Source: Acidobacteriota bacterium (GTDB taxonomy: Bacteria; Acidobacteriota; Vicinamibacteria; Vicinamibacterales; 2-12-FULL-66-21). From it: a stretch of DNA of 64,000 bases. The stretch is from contig JANMWI010000046.1 of NCBI GenBank assembly GCA_031393955.1, positions 185-64,184 of the forward strand. The letters are read 5' to 3'. The translations under genes and the position numbers were made by a program. The notes under the pieces were generated by a model. That model had not been told where the DNA came from. It made no database searches and worked only from the letters and a program-made list of their open reading frames with translations. Shown piece after piece: positions 1 to 9,571 of this stretch (the first letter of the stretch is position 1; every line of letters begins with the position of its first letter).

Positions 1-3000
1 TCGTCAACAGCCGGCGCATCGCCGAGCGGCTCGCCGCGGCGCTCAACGAGCTCGCCGGCGAGGTGCTGGTCCGGTCGCACCACGGCTCGCTGGCGCGGCC
101 GCAGCGGATGGAGGTCGAGGATCGCCTGAAGGCCGGGCTGCTGCGCGGGCTGGTCGCGACCTCGTCGCTCGAGCTTGGCATCGACATGGGCGCCATCGAT
201 CTGGTCATCCAGATCGAGGCGCCGCCGTCGGTGGCGAGCGGCATGCAGCGCATCGGCCGCGCCGGCCACACCATCGGCGCCGCCAGCCGCGGCATCATCG
301 TCCCCAAGTTCCGCGGCGATCTCGTCGCCTGCGCGGCGGTGACCCGCGCGATGCACGAGGCGCGGATCGAGTCGATCCGCTACCCGCGCAATCCCCTCGA
401 TGTCCTCGCCCAGCAGATCGTCGCGATGGTCGCGACCGACGAGTGGGCGGTCGACGCGCTCTACGACGCGGTCCGGCGCGCCGCGCCGTTCGCCGACCTG
501 AGCCGGCCGGTCTTCGACGGCGTGCTCGACATGCTGTCGGGGCTGTACCCGTCGGACGACTTCGCCGACCTCCGTCCCCGCCTCACCTGGGACCGGCTGG
601 CCAACCGCCTGACGCCGCGCGACGGCGCCAAGCGGGTCGCGGTCATCAATGGCGGGACGATTCCGGATCGTGGGCTGTACGGGGTCTTCCTGGTCGGCGA
701 GCGCGGGCCGGGGGCACGCGTCGGCGAGCTCGACGAAGAGATGGTGTTCGAGAGCCGGGTCGGCGAGACCTTCCTGCTCGGCGCCTCGTCGTGGCGGATC
801 GAAGAGATCACCCACGACCGCGTGCTCGTCTCCCCCGCCCCCGGCGAGCCCGGCAAGATGCCGTTCTGGAAGGCGGACGCGGCCGGCCGGCCGCTGGAGC
901 TCGGGCGTCAGATCGGCGAACTGGTGCGAACGCTGCGGCAGCTGCCGCCGGCCGGGGCGATTCAGCGGCTGGTCGCGCATCACGACCTCGATCAGCAGGC
1001 CGCCGAGAACCTGCTCCGCTACCTGGCCGACCAGGCGGCCGCCGCCGGCACGGTGCCGGACGATCGGACCATCCTGATCGAACGGTGCCGCGACGAGCTT
1101 GGCGACTGGCGCATCTGCGTCCTGTCGCCGTTTGGCGGCCGTATCCACGCCCCCTGGGCGATGGCGGCGGTCGAGCGCGCCCGGGCCGAGACCGGCCTCG
1201 ACGTCGAGACGATGTGGACAGACGACGGCTTCGTGGTGCGGTTTCCCGAGACCGAAGAGCCGCCCGATCCGGCGTTGATGATCCCCGCCTCGGAGGAAGT
1301 CGAAGCGCTAGTCGTGCGCCAGCTTGGCGGCACCGCGCTCTTCGCGGCGCGATTCCGCGAGGCCGCGGCGCGGGCGCTGCTGCTGCCGAAGCGCCGGCCG
1401 GGCGGCCGCAGCCCGCTCTGGCAGCAGCGCAAGCGCGCCGCCGACCTGCTGCGGGTTGCCTCGAACTACGGCTCGTTCCCGATGCTGCTCGAGGCCTACC
1501 GCGAGTGCCTCAGGGACATCTTCGACATTCCGTCGCTGGTCGACACGCTTCGCCTGATCGAGGCTCGCGAGATTCGCACGGTCACGGTGGACTCGTCGAT
1601 TCCGTCGCCGTTCGCCTCGGCGCTGCTGTTCGGCTACGTCGCGAACTACCTCTACGACGGCGACGCGCCGCTGGCCGAGCGCCGCGCCCAGGCGCTGTCG
1701 ATCGACCAGGCGCAGCTGCGCGAGCTGCTCGGCGATGCCGAGCTGCGGACGCTGCTCGATGCCGATGCGCTCGCCGAAATCGAGCGCCATCTGCAGAACC
1801 TCGATCCCGAACATCACGCCCGCTCGGTCGACGGCATCCACGACCTGCTGCTCCGGCTCGGCGATCTCACCGCGCCGGAAATTGCCCGGCGCAGCCGCAT
1901 CGACGCGGCCAGCGGGCTCGCCGAACTGGTCCGCGCGCGGCGCGCGATCACGGTGCAGATCGCCGGCGAAACCCGCGCGCTGCCGGTGGAATATGCCGGC
2001 CGCTATCGCGATGCGCTCGGCGTCCCGCTGCCGATGGGACTGCCCGAGTCGCTGCTGGCCTCTTCCCCCAACGCCGCCACCGATCTCGCCCGGCGCTACG
2101 CGCGAACGCACGGGCCGTTCACGACGACGGAGTTCGCGGCCAGGTACGGCCTCGGCCGCGCCACCGCCGAAGCCATCCTCAAGGAGCTGGCCGGCAGTGG
2201 CCGGCTGCTCGACGGGGAGTTCCGCCCCGGCGGATCGGGGCGCGAGTGGTGCGATCCGGAAGTCCTCCAGTCGGTCCGCCGCCGATCGCTGGCCCGCCTC
2301 CGCAAGCAGGTCGAGCCGGTCGACCCGCCGGTGTTCGTGCGGCTGCTGACCGGATGGCAGGGAGTGGCGAGGCCCCGCGCCGGACTCGACGCCCTCCTCG
2401 ACGCGATCGAGAACCTGCAGGGAGCGCCGCTGCCCGCCTCGATCTTCGAGTCCGAAATCCTCGCCGCCCGGGTGCAGGGCTACAATCCGGCCGATCTCGA
2501 TGCGCTGGCATCCGCCGGCGAGATCGTCTGGGCCGGGATCGAGCCGCTCGGCGACCGCGACGGCCGGCTCGCGGTCTATCTCACCGACCACTTTTCCCGC
2601 CTGCGCCGCCCGGTGCTCGACGCGGAGCTGTCGCCGCGCGAACGCGCCATCATCGACCACCTGCAGTCGCAGGGGGCGTCGTTCTTCGCGCCGCTGCACA
2701 CCGCCGGGGGAGCGGGTTTTCCCGGCGACACCGTCGACGCGCTCTGGGACCTCGTCTGGAAGGGACTCGTCACCAACGACACGTTCCATGCGCTGCGCGC
2801 CTATACGCGTCCGCCGCAGCGCAGGCAGCGGACGCCGGGGCGACGCCGCAGCTTCCGCAGCCGCCGCACCGCCCCGCCTACGGCCGAAGGGCGATGGTCC
2901 GTTCTCGACGATCGCGGCGGCGTCTCCGCGTCGCCGACCGAGCGCTCGACTGCGACCGCCCAGCAGCTGCTGGCGCGCTACGGCGTCCTGACCCGCGAAG

Positions 3001-3629
3001 TCGCCGGCGCCGAGGGCATCGCCGGCGGCTTCAGCGCCGTCTATGAAGTGCTCAAGGCGATGGAGGATGCCGGCCGTATCCGGCGCGGCTACTTCGTCGG
3101 CAGCGTCGGGGCGACGCAGTTTGCGATGCCGGCCGCGCTCGAACTGATGCGCTCGATGGCCGAACCGCCGGAGGATCCCGAAACGCTCCTCCTCGCCGCC
3201 ACCGATCCCGCCAATCCGTTCGGGACGATGCTCAAGTGGCCGGCGACTGGTGAAGCCGGCGGTTCCGGCGGCCGAGGCCCGACCCGCAGCGTCGGCGCGC
3301 TGGTCGTGCTCGTCAACGGCACGCTGGCGGCGTACATCGGGCGCGGCGGACGGCAGCTGCTGGTCTTTCTCTCCGAGGACGAACCGGCGCGCTCGGCGGT
3401 CGGCCGGCCGCTCGCGGCGCGGCTGGCGCGGATGGCGCGGCCCGACGAGGGGGGCGCCGGCCTGCTGATCGACGAGGTCAACGGCGTCCCCGCGGCCGAT
3501 CATCCGTTCGCCGCGTTCCTGCTCGAGGCCGGGTTCACCGCGTCGGCGATGGGCTTCCAGGTGCGCCGCCAGACCGCGCCCGCGCCGGCGCGACCGCCCG
3601 TATTCTCCGACCGGAAGCGGCATGCCTGA
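1..3629 (+). CDS. lhr: ATP-dependent helicase Lhr (large helicase-related); the 5' end lies outside the window
   Basis: The frame is open from nt 3 (VNSRRIAERLAAALNELAG...) into ORF 63..3629. It carries the SF2 helicase motif V/VI region 'VATSSLELGIDMGAIDLVIQIEAPPSVASGMQRIGRAGH', followed by the long Lhr-type C-terminal extension. No start codon is in the window. Confidence 0.9.
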   Translation, partial: VNSRRIAERLAAALNELAGEVLVRSHHGSLARPQRMEVEDRLKAGLLRGLVATSSLELGIDMGAIDLVIQIEAPPSVASGMQRIGRAGHTIGAASRGIIVPKFRGDLVACAAVTRAMHEARIESIRYPRNPLDVLAQQIVAMVATDEWAVDALYDAVRRAAPFADLSRPVFDGVLDMLSGLYPSDDFADLRPRLTWDRLANRLTPRDGAKRVAVINGGTIPDRGLYGVFLVGERGPGARVGELDEEMVFESRVGETFLLGASSWRIEEITHDRVLVSPAPGEPGKMPFWKADAAGRPLELGRQIGELVRTLRQLPPAGAIQRLVAHHDLDQQAAENLLRYLADQAAAAGTVPDDRTILIERCRDELGDWRICVLSPFGGRIHAPWAMAAVERARAETGLDVETMWTDDGFVVRFPETEEPPDPALMIPASEEVEALVVRQLGGTALFAARFREAAARALLLPKRRPGGRSPLWQQRKRAADLLRVASNYGSFPMLLEAYRECLRDIFDIPSLVDTLRLIEAREIRTVTVDSSIPSPFASALLFGYVANYLYDGDAPLAERRAQALSIDQAQLRELLGDAELRTLLDADALAEIERHLQNLDPEHHARSVDGIHDLLLRLGDLTAPEIARRSRIDAASGLAELVRARRAITVQIAGETRALPVEYAGRYRDALGVPLPMGLPESLLASSPNAATDLARRYARTHGPFTTTEFAARYGLGRATAEAILKELAGSGRLLDGEFRPGGSGREWCDPEVLQSVRRRSLARLRKQVEPVDPPVFVRLLTGWQGVARPRAGLDALLDAIENLQGAPLPASIFESEILAARVQGYNPADLDALASAGEIVWAGIEPLGDRDGRLAVYLTDHFSRLRRPVLDAELSPRERAIIDHLQSQGASFFAPLHTAGGAGFPGDTVDALWDLVWKGLVTNDTFHALRAYTRPPQRRQRTPGRRRSFRSRRTAPPTAEGRWSVLDDRGGVSASPTERSTATAQQLLARYGVLTREVAGAEGIAGGFSAVYEVLKAMEDAGRIRRGYFVGSVGATQFAMPAALELMRSMAEPPEDPETLLLAATDPANPFGTMLKWPATGEAGGSGGRGPTRSVGALVVLVNGTLAAYIGRGGRQLLVFLSEDEPARSAVGRPLAARLARMARPDEGGAGLLIDEVNGVPAADHPFAAFLLEAGFTASAMGFQVRRQTAPAPARPPVFSDRKRHA

Positions 3630-4446
3630 AGGCGACACCATCTTCCGAGCCGCCAGGACCCTCAAGCGCGCGCTCGCCGGCAAACTCGTCGTCCGCTTCG
3701 AATCGGCGCTGGCGGCCCTCGACCAGGTCCACGATCAATCCCCGATCACCGGCCGCACCGTGGACGACGTCGGGTCGGCCGGCAAGCACCTGCTGATGCA
3801 CTTTTCCGGCGGCCTGGTGCTGCGCACGCATATGCGGATGAACGGCAGCTGGCACATCTACCGGCCGGGCGAGCGCTGGCAGCGGCCGCGGCGCGACATG
3901 CGGGTGGTCGTCGCCACGGCGGACTTCGAAGCCGTCGGCTTCAAGATTCCGGTCGCCGAGTTCATCCGCTCGCGGGACCTGATGCGACATTCGGAGCTCG
4001 GTCAGCTCGGCCCGGATGTTTTGTCGGACGACTTCGACGCCGACGAGGTCCTGAGGCGGCTGCGCGGCAGAAGCGAGACGCCGATCGCCGACGCGCTGCT
4101 GAACCAGCGGCTGCTGGCGGGACTCGGCAACGTCTACAAGTCGGAAGTGTTGTTCATGTGCCGCGTCAGCCCGTTCGCGCCGGTGCGCAGCGTCGCCGAC
4201 GAGACGCTGTCGGCGATCGTGGCTACCTCGCAGCGGCTGCTGCGCGCCAACGTGACCGACCGGCTGGCGCCGATGACGACTTACACCGGGCTGCGGCGCA
4301 CCACCAACCGCGAGGATCCAACGGAGCGGCTGTGGGTCTACGGCCGCGCCCGGCTGCCGTGCCGCCGCTGCGGCACGCCGATCGGCGTCAGGAAACAAGG
4401 GCCGCATGCGCGCCTGACCTACTGGTGCCCGCAATGCCAGCCGTGA
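3622..4446 (+). CDS. nei: Fpg/Nei-family DNA glycosylase (endonuclease VIII-like)
   Basis: The N-terminus is MPEGDTI (Pro2/Glu3 of the Fpg/Nei family). An H2TH region 'LLNQRLLAGLGNVYKSEVLF' and a C-terminal zinc finger 'CRRCGTPI...YWCPQCQ' are present. The ATG overlaps the lhr stop by 8 nt (ATGCCTGA). Confidence 0.9.
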   Translation: MPEGDTIFRAARTLKRALAGKLVVRFESALAALDQVHDQSPITGRTVDDVGSAGKHLLMHFSGGLVLRTHMRMNGSWHIYRPGERWQRPRRDMRVVVATADFEAVGFKIPVAEFIRSRDLMRHSELGQLGPDVLSDDFDADEVLRRLRGRSETPIADALLNQRLLAGLGNVYKSEVLFMCRVSPFAPVRSVADETLSAIVATSQRLLRANVTDRLAPMTTYTGLRRTTNREDPTERLWVYGRARLPCRRCGTPIGVRKQGPHARLTYWCPQCQP

Positions 4447-4462
4447 GACGGAGGAATCAGGG

Positions 4463-4867
4463 GTGAGCAGCGTGATGATGTGGTTGGCTCTTGCGGCCGG
4501 CGGTGCGGCGTCCGCGGCGGCCTTGTACGGCCACTACCGGGTGCTCCCGGCGTGGCTCACCGGTCCGGAAGTGTGCCTGATGGCCGAGGGCGGGTGCGCC
4601 GTCCTGTTCCGCAGCCCTCGATCGCGGCTGCTCGGCGTGCCGAACGCGCTGCTCGGGGTGCTGCTCTACGTGCTGCTCGCCATCGGGCTGGCGCGGCACT
4701 GGCCGCCGTGGCTGCTGCTGGCGATGATGGTGCCGGCGCTGGCGATGAGCGCGTTCCTCGGCCGCAGCCTGCTCGTCAATCGCCTGCAGTGCCGGATCTG
4801 CTGGACCGGGCACGCGGCCAATGCCGCGCTCGCCGTCCTGCTGGCGTGGCGCGGCGTCGCCGGCTGA
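4463..4867 (+). CDS. Vitamin K epoxide reductase (VKOR) family membrane protein, stand-alone short form
   Basis: This is a 134-aa polytopic hydrophobic protein with a GTG start. It has the loop cysteine pair 'CLMAEGGC', the 'LLGVPNALLGVLLY' segment and a CxxC motif ('CRIC') in the last helix. No fused thioredoxin domain is present. Confidence 0.7.
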   Translation: MSSVMMWLALAAGGAASAAALYGHYRVLPAWLTGPEVCLMAEGGCAVLFRSPRSRLLGVPNALLGVLLYVLLAIGLARHWPPWLLLAMMVPALAMSAFLGRSLLVNRLQCRICWTGHAANAALAVLLAWRGVAG

Positions 4868-4872
4868 CACAA

Positions 4873-7152
4873 TCAGCGGGCGTCGTGCAGGACCACCCGG
4901 ATGACGCCATCCGCGCCGGCGATTCTTTCCAGGACGACATCCGGACGGCGTGTCGCCGCCGTCCGCACCACACCGGCGGCGCGGTTGTCCGTCACCGGCT
5001 CGCCGCCGGTGCCGGCGGTGCCTGTCGTCGCGGCATGGTCGCCATGCTGGGCGCAGGGCTCCGCGGGGAGGGATCCCAGCGGGAAGAGGTCCTCGTAGAC
5101 TGGACTCTCGCCGTGGCGGAGCGCGCTCGCCGGCGCGGCTTCGTCACCATGGAACGCGTCGACCGGCACCATTCGCGGCGAGCCGCCGTCACTCGTCACG
5201 CTGTAGACGTCCGCCTGATGCCGGCACGCGTCGGTCGCGCGAGCGCCGCTCAGCCGGCACACCGACACCTTCTCGACGTCCGCCGGTATGGCGTACCAAT
5301 CGGGCTTGTCGCCGGCAGTCGCCGCGCGCATGAACCGCGCCCACGCCGGCACGGCGACCACCCCCGCGAAACCGCCGCGCATGATCGGCGCGGGACGGTC
5401 GAGCCCGAACCAGACGCCCGCGACGAGATGCGGCGTGTAGCCGACGAACCAGGCGTCTGCGTAGTCATCGGTCGTCCCCGTCTTGCCGGCCGCCGGCAGT
5501 GTGAAGCCGTCGCGCCGCACCGCCGCGCCGGTGCCGCCGCTGATGACCTCCGCCAGCATGCTGGACATCAGGAAGGCGGTCGTCGCGCTGACCGCCTGGG
5601 TATGGCGCTCGGGGGCCGCGTAGATCACCGTGCCGGCCGGATCTTCGACGCGCGTGATCAATCGTGGCGCGGCGACCCGACCGGCATTGGCGAATGCCGT
5701 ATAGGCGGCGGTCAGCTCCATCAGGGTCACCTCGCCGGTGCCGAGGGCGAGCGACGGCACCTGCGGCAGCGGTGACGCAATGCCGAGCCGCTGCGCGTAG
5801 TACACCGCCGTGCCGATGCCGACGCTCTGGAGGAGCTGGGCGGCGGCGCGGTTGCTCGAGACCTTGAGAGCGGCGCGGAGGGTGTACTCGTTTTCCTCGT
5901 GGCCGCCGCCCGGCAGCCAAGCGGCGTCGCCGGTGCCGATCGGCGTGTCGAGATCGTGCAGCATCGTGCCGGGGGCGTAGCCGCGCTCGAGCGCCGCGGC
6001 ATAGATGATCGGCTTGAACGCCGAGCCGGCCTGCCGCCGCGCCTGGGTCGCGCGATTGAAACTGCTGGCGGTGAAGTCGCGGCCGCCGACGAGCGCCCGC
6101 ACGTCTCCGGTCAGCGGATCCATCGCCACGAAGCCGCCCTGCAGATCGCGAGCGGCCGGACGCTTCTTGATGATGTCGGTAATCCGGGTCGTCAGTGCCA
6201 GCTCCGCCTCGCGCTGCATCGCCGGGTCGTACGTGGAGTAGACGCGAAGGCCGCCGCGCAGCATCTTGTCGGCGCCGAACAGGCCGAGCAGCTGGCGGCG
6301 GATTTCTTCCTGGAAGTAGAGGCCGGAGGCGGCGGCTGACGCGGGCTGCGCAAAAGATGCCGCGGCCACCGGCGAGGCGGCAGCGGTCCGGCCAGGGAGC
6401 GTCCGGGTCAGCGCGACGCGATACGCCTCGCCGTCCAGCCGCCCCTGGGCATGCATCAGGCGCAGGACGAGATTGCGGCGCTGCCGTGCCCGGCTCGGAC
6501 TGATCGACGGGGCGTCGACCGATGGCGAGCGGACGAGCGCCGCGAGGAGGGCCGCCTCGTGGGCATCGACGTCCGCGGCTGACTTGTGGAAGTAGCCGCG
6601 CGACGCCGCCTCGACGCCGTAATAGCCTTCGCCGAGGTAGACGGTGTTGAGGTACTCCTCGAAAATGCGCGCCTTCGAATAGCGCCGCTCGATCTGCGCC
6701 GCCAGCAGGATTTCGCGCAGCTTGCGGTCGTAGGTCCGGACCGGCGTCAACCGCACCGCCCTGGCGAGCTGCTGAGTGATCGTGCTCCCGCCTTCGACAA
6801 TCCGCCCGGCGCGGAAGTTGCGCAGTGCCGCGCCTGCGATCCGTAAGGGATCGATGCCGTGATGGCGGAAGAAGCGCCGGTCTTCAACGGACAGGACGGC
6901 GTCGATGATCCGCGGCGACATGCGGTCGAGCGGCACGTCGATGCGCTGTTCGGCAAAGAAGGTGAAGGTCGGCCGGCCGGCGCGGTCGAAGACGACCGTC
7001 GACTGCGCCCGCGGCGGCAGCTCGACCGTCGCGGCCAGATCGAGTTCACCGGCCACGCTGCGGGCCAGCTTCGCCGCTCGAAACGCCGCGGTCCACATGC
7101 CGGCGGTCATCAGCAGGACCGCAACAGTCACCGCGGCACGGCGCAGCATCAT
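4873..7152 (-). CDS. Class A penicillin-binding protein (transglycosylase/transpeptidase, PBP1A type)
   Basis: GT51 motifs 'EDRRFFRHHGIDP' and 'GGSTITQQLAR' are present. Transpeptidase motifs 'SAFKP' (SxxK) and 'KTGTT' are present. There is an N-terminal membrane anchor and a ~130-aa C-terminal extension. Confidence 0.92.
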   Translation of the reverse strand: MMLRRAAVTVAVLLMTAGMWTAAFRAAKLARSVAGELDLAATVELPPRAQSTVVFDRAGRPTFTFFAEQRIDVPLDRMSPRIIDAVLSVEDRRFFRHHGIDPLRIAGAALRNFRAGRIVEGGSTITQQLARAVRLTPVRTYDRKLREILLAAQIERRYSKARIFEEYLNTVYLGEGYYGVEAASRGYFHKSAADVDAHEAALLAALVRSPSVDAPSISPSRARQRRNLVLRLMHAQGRLDGEAYRVALTRTLPGRTAAASPVAAASFAQPASAAASGLYFQEEIRRQLLGLFGADKMLRGGLRVYSTYDPAMQREAELALTTRITDIIKKRPAARDLQGGFVAMDPLTGDVRALVGGRDFTASSFNRATQARRQAGSAFKPIIYAAALERGYAPGTMLHDLDTPIGTGDAAWLPGGGHEENEYTLRAALKVSSNRAAAQLLQSVGIGTAVYYAQRLGIASPLPQVPSLALGTGEVTLMELTAAYTAFANAGRVAAPRLITRVEDPAGTVIYAAPERHTQAVSATTAFLMSSMLAEVISGGTGAAVRRDGFTLPAAGKTGTTDDYADAWFVGYTPHLVAGVWFGLDRPAPIMRGGFAGVVAVPAWARFMRAATAGDKPDWYAIPADVEKVSVCRLSGARATDACRHQADVYSVTSDGGSPRMVPVDAFHGDEAAPASALRHGESPVYEDLFPLGSLPAEPCAQHGDHAATTGTAGTGGEPVTDNRAAGVVRTAATRRPDVVLERIAGADGVIRVVLHDAR

Positions 7153-7317
7153 CTCGCCGCGAGACTGAGCAACGCCGGTGCCAGCCTCGCGCAGCGGGAT
7201 CGCCTGTCACCGGCCCGTCCTACCCCTGCGGAACGCCCCGATCACGGCTCCGCGACGGAGGGTTCGCCGCCGGGAAGGCAGAGATGGGGAGGGGGTTACC
7301 TAGGAGCGGGTGTCAGG

Positions 7318-7388
7318 GTGCCAAGGTGCCGGGGTGCCAAAGTGCCAAAGTGCCAAAGTCCAAGGTGCCAAAGTGCCACGGTGCCAGG
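7318..7388. repeat. Nine tandem copies of a degenerate octanucleotide GTGCCARR (minus strand YYTGGCAC)
   Basis: Read directly: gtgccaag gtgccggg gtgccaaa gtgccaaa gtgccaaa gtccaag gtgccaaa gtgccacg gtgccagg. The array ends 4 nt from the stop codon (7393-7395) of the minus-strand DUF523/DUF1722 gene. It lies ~165-235 nt upstream of the PBP start at 7152. Confidence 0.9.
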
Positions 7389-7392
7389 TACT

Positions 7393-8376
7393 CTAAACAT
7401 GATTCCTCAGCATGAGCTCGCGCGGGTGGGGCTGGAGATAGACCTGGCCGGCGAGGTACTCGACCTGGTGGACGCGCACGTAGTGCGCGATCAGGGTCAG
7501 CGGTACGACCAGCGGCACCAGGCCCATGCGGTATTCCTCGATCGACGCGGCCAGCTCGCGGCGGGACGCCGCATCGAGCTTGTCCTTGAAGTGCCCGGCC
7601 ATGTGACTCAACACGTTGGTCTGCCGCCGTGTCGTTGCCGGCACCGCCAGCGTTTCCATGAAGATCCGTTCGTAGTCCGCGCGCAGCTCCGCCCGGCTGA
7701 CCGATTTGGCCGCCGCCACCAGACGGCCGAGCTCGTCGTAGCGGACGGTGGAATGCGCCAGCAGCGCCATTTTGTTGGCGGTGTGAAACCGGACCAGGTC
7801 GCCGATCGACCACTTCGATCCAAACAGGTCCTTGAGGCGCCGGTACGCGAACACCCGCTCGATGAAGTTTTCCCGGAGCCGCGGGTCGAAGAGCCGCCCT
7901 TCCTCCTCGACCGGCAGCAGCGGCATCCGGCCCAGCAGCGCCGCCGCGAAGAGTCCCCGGCCGTCGCGGACCCCGGGGCCGTCGGCGCCGTAAACCTTGA
8001 CGCGCTCCATGCCGCAGCTCGGCGAGTCCTTCTTGAGGACGTAGCCGTCGAGATTGGCGCCGGCGATCCTCCCGACCTGCGCGTCCGACCAGGCGGTCAT
8101 CCGGTCGGTCCAGTCGATCGCCGTCCGCGTCGTCACCATCCGGACGCCGCCGCCGGCGCGGACCAGCCGCAGCGTCTCCCGCGGCGTGCTCATCCCGACC
8201 TCGACCTCGGGACAGAGCGGGAGCCATTCGACGTGCGGTGCCAGGACGCCGGTCAGGAATGCATCCTTCTTGTGCCCGCCATCGAACCGGACCTCCTCGC
8301 CGAGCAGGCAGGCGGAGATCCCGATGCGAAGCGCCGCGGGACGCGCGGACGAGGCAGGGTCAGTCGAGGTGGTCAT
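7393..8376 (-). CDS. YbgA-like DUF523 + DUF1722 fusion protein
   Basis: 'RIGISACLLGEEVRFDGGHKKD' and 'KKDSPSCGMERVKVY' indicate the DUF523 part. 'FAYRRLKDLF...HTANKMALLAHS...HMAGHFK' indicates the DUF1722 part. I placed the start at the ATG for MTTSTDP (8376). The track ORF extends to 8472, but that extension is Arg/Pro-rich. Confidence 0.8.
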   Translation of the reverse strand: MTTSTDPASSARPAALRIGISACLLGEEVRFDGGHKKDAFLTGVLAPHVEWLPLCPEVEVGMSTPRETLRLVRAGGGVRMVTTRTAIDWTDRMTAWSDAQVGRIAGANLDGYVLKKDSPSCGMERVKVYGADGPGVRDGRGLFAAALLGRMPLLPVEEEGRLFDPRLRENFIERVFAYRRLKDLFGSKWSIGDLVRFHTANKMALLAHSTVRYDELGRLVAAAKSVSRAELRADYERIFMETLAVPATTRRQTNVLSHMAGHFKDKLDAASRRELAASIEEYRMGLVPLVVPLTLIAHYVRVHQVEYLAGQVYLQPHPRELMLRNHV

Positions 8377-8557
8377 GTTTAGTGGCTTCCTGTTGGCGAG
8401 GTCCAGGCGGCGAGCTCCAGGCGAACGACCAATTCCCGGAGGCCTACAGGAAACAGCCGGGCTGGCCGACACTCCGACTGCGAGCCGCCCGCCCAGCTGC
8501 TCCTGGCCAGATTACAATGGCGGCCGAACGAAGCGAAGACCCTTGTGGAGGACCCCT

Positions 8558-9568
8558 ATGAAACGTCAGCTGCTCTCCTGTGCCATGACGCTGCCGCTGG
8601 TCGCGCTGCTGGCGGCCCCGGCGGCGGCCGAGGTCAAGACCCGCGAGAAGTCGCAGGTCAAGATTGAAGGCATCATCGGCCGGATGATGAACATGTTCGG
8701 CGGCAAGGCTGCCAAGGAAGGCGTCGTCTCGACCGCCGCCGTCAAGGGCGACCGCAAGGCGACGATGAACGATTCGACCGGGCAGATCATCGACCTCGGC
8801 GAGGAAAAGGTCTACGACCTCGACCTCAAGAAGAAGACCTACGAGGTCACCACCTTCGACGAGCTGCGGCGGCGGATGCGGGAGGCGCGTGAGAAGGCGG
8901 AGAAGGACGCCGAGCGCGAGCAGCCCCCATCGAACAAGCCCGAGAAGACCGAAAAGCCGACCCAGCCTGAGAAGGAATACCAGGTCGACTTCGACGTCAA
9001 GGAAACCGGTCAGAAAAAGCCGCTCGCCGGCTACGACACGCGCGAGGTGATCATGACCGTCACCGTCCACGAGAAAGGCAAGCCGCTCGACGACGCCGGC
9101 GGCTTCGTGATGACCGCGGATTCATGGCTCGGCCCGCAGATTGCCGCGCTCAAGGAGCTTCAGGACTTCGACATCCGCTATTGGAAGAAGCTCGAAGGTC
9201 CCGACGCCTTGGGGATGTCCGCCGGGCAGATGGCGATGGTGGTGGCGACGTATCCGATGCTGAAGCAGGCGTCGGAGCGGCTCTCGAAGGAGAGCAGCAA
9301 ACTCCAGGGCACGCCGCTCGCCTCGACGACGACCTTCGAGGTCGTGAAATCGAGAGAGCAGATGGCCGCCGCTTCCGACAGCGGCAGCTCGGGCGGTGGC
9401 GGCGGCGGGCTCGGCGGGATGCTGGCCCGCAAAATCGCCAAGCGCGACAGCAGCGAGCCGAAGGCCCACGCCACTGTCTTTACCGTCATCGGCGAAACGC
9501 AGGAAGTGTCGACCAGCGTCGCGGCCGCCGACGTCGCCGTTCCGGCCGACTTCAAGCAGAAGAAATAG
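8558..9568 (+). CDS. Secreted hypothetical protein (signal peptide, K/E-rich linker, poly-Gly tract)
   Basis: The ATG at 8558 is preceded by GGAGGA. The signal peptide is 'MKRQLLSCAMTLPLVALLAAPAAAEV'. I recognised no family. The upstream part of track ORF 8054..9568 is non-coding-looking. Confidence 0.6.
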   Translation: MKRQLLSCAMTLPLVALLAAPAAAEVKTREKSQVKIEGIIGRMMNMFGGKAAKEGVVSTAAVKGDRKATMNDSTGQIIDLGEEKVYDLDLKKKTYEVTTFDELRRRMREAREKAEKDAEREQPPSNKPEKTEKPTQPEKEYQVDFDVKETGQKKPLAGYDTREVIMTVTVHEKGKPLDDAGGFVMTADSWLGPQIAALKELQDFDIRYWKKLEGPDALGMSAGQMAMVVATYPMLKQASERLSKESSKLQGTPLASTTTFEVVKSREQMAAASDSGSSGGGGGGLGGMLARKIAKRDSSEPKAHATVFTVIGETQEVSTSVAAADVAVPADFKQKK

Positions 9569-9571
9569 CGC

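Noticed and set aside
443-3683. Long alternative-frame ORFs over lhr (443..3046 +, 867 aa; 1308..3683 -, 791 aa)
   Set aside because: Their translations are Arg/Ala/Gly/Pro-rich low complexity with no motifs. They are fully nested in the strongly supported Lhr frame, which is the typical stop-codon depletion of GC-rich DNA.
7318-7388. Sigma-54 promoter(s) suggested by repeated TGGCAC on the minus strand
   Set aside because: The -24/-12 consensus needs GG and GC separated by 10 nt (TGGCAC-N5-TTGC). In the 8-nt array the next GC falls 3 nt too close, and no TTGC follows any unit.
7318-7388. CRISPR-like array
   Set aside because: The units are only 8 nt and directly abutting, with no spacers, and no cas genes are in the window.
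7313-8227. ORF 7313..8227 (-) whose C-terminus reads '...WHFGTLDFGTLALWHPGTLAP' across the octamer array
   Set aside because: It is an off-frame reading of the DUF523/DUF1722 gene followed by translation of the tandem repeat. An 8-nt period cannot maintain a reading frame, so the peptide periodicity is an artefact.
8513-8518. TACAAT as a promoter -10 for the secreted protein gene at 8558
   Set aside because: No acceptable -35 or extended -10 is present. A single hexamer is insufficient evidence, so I did not list it as a feature.
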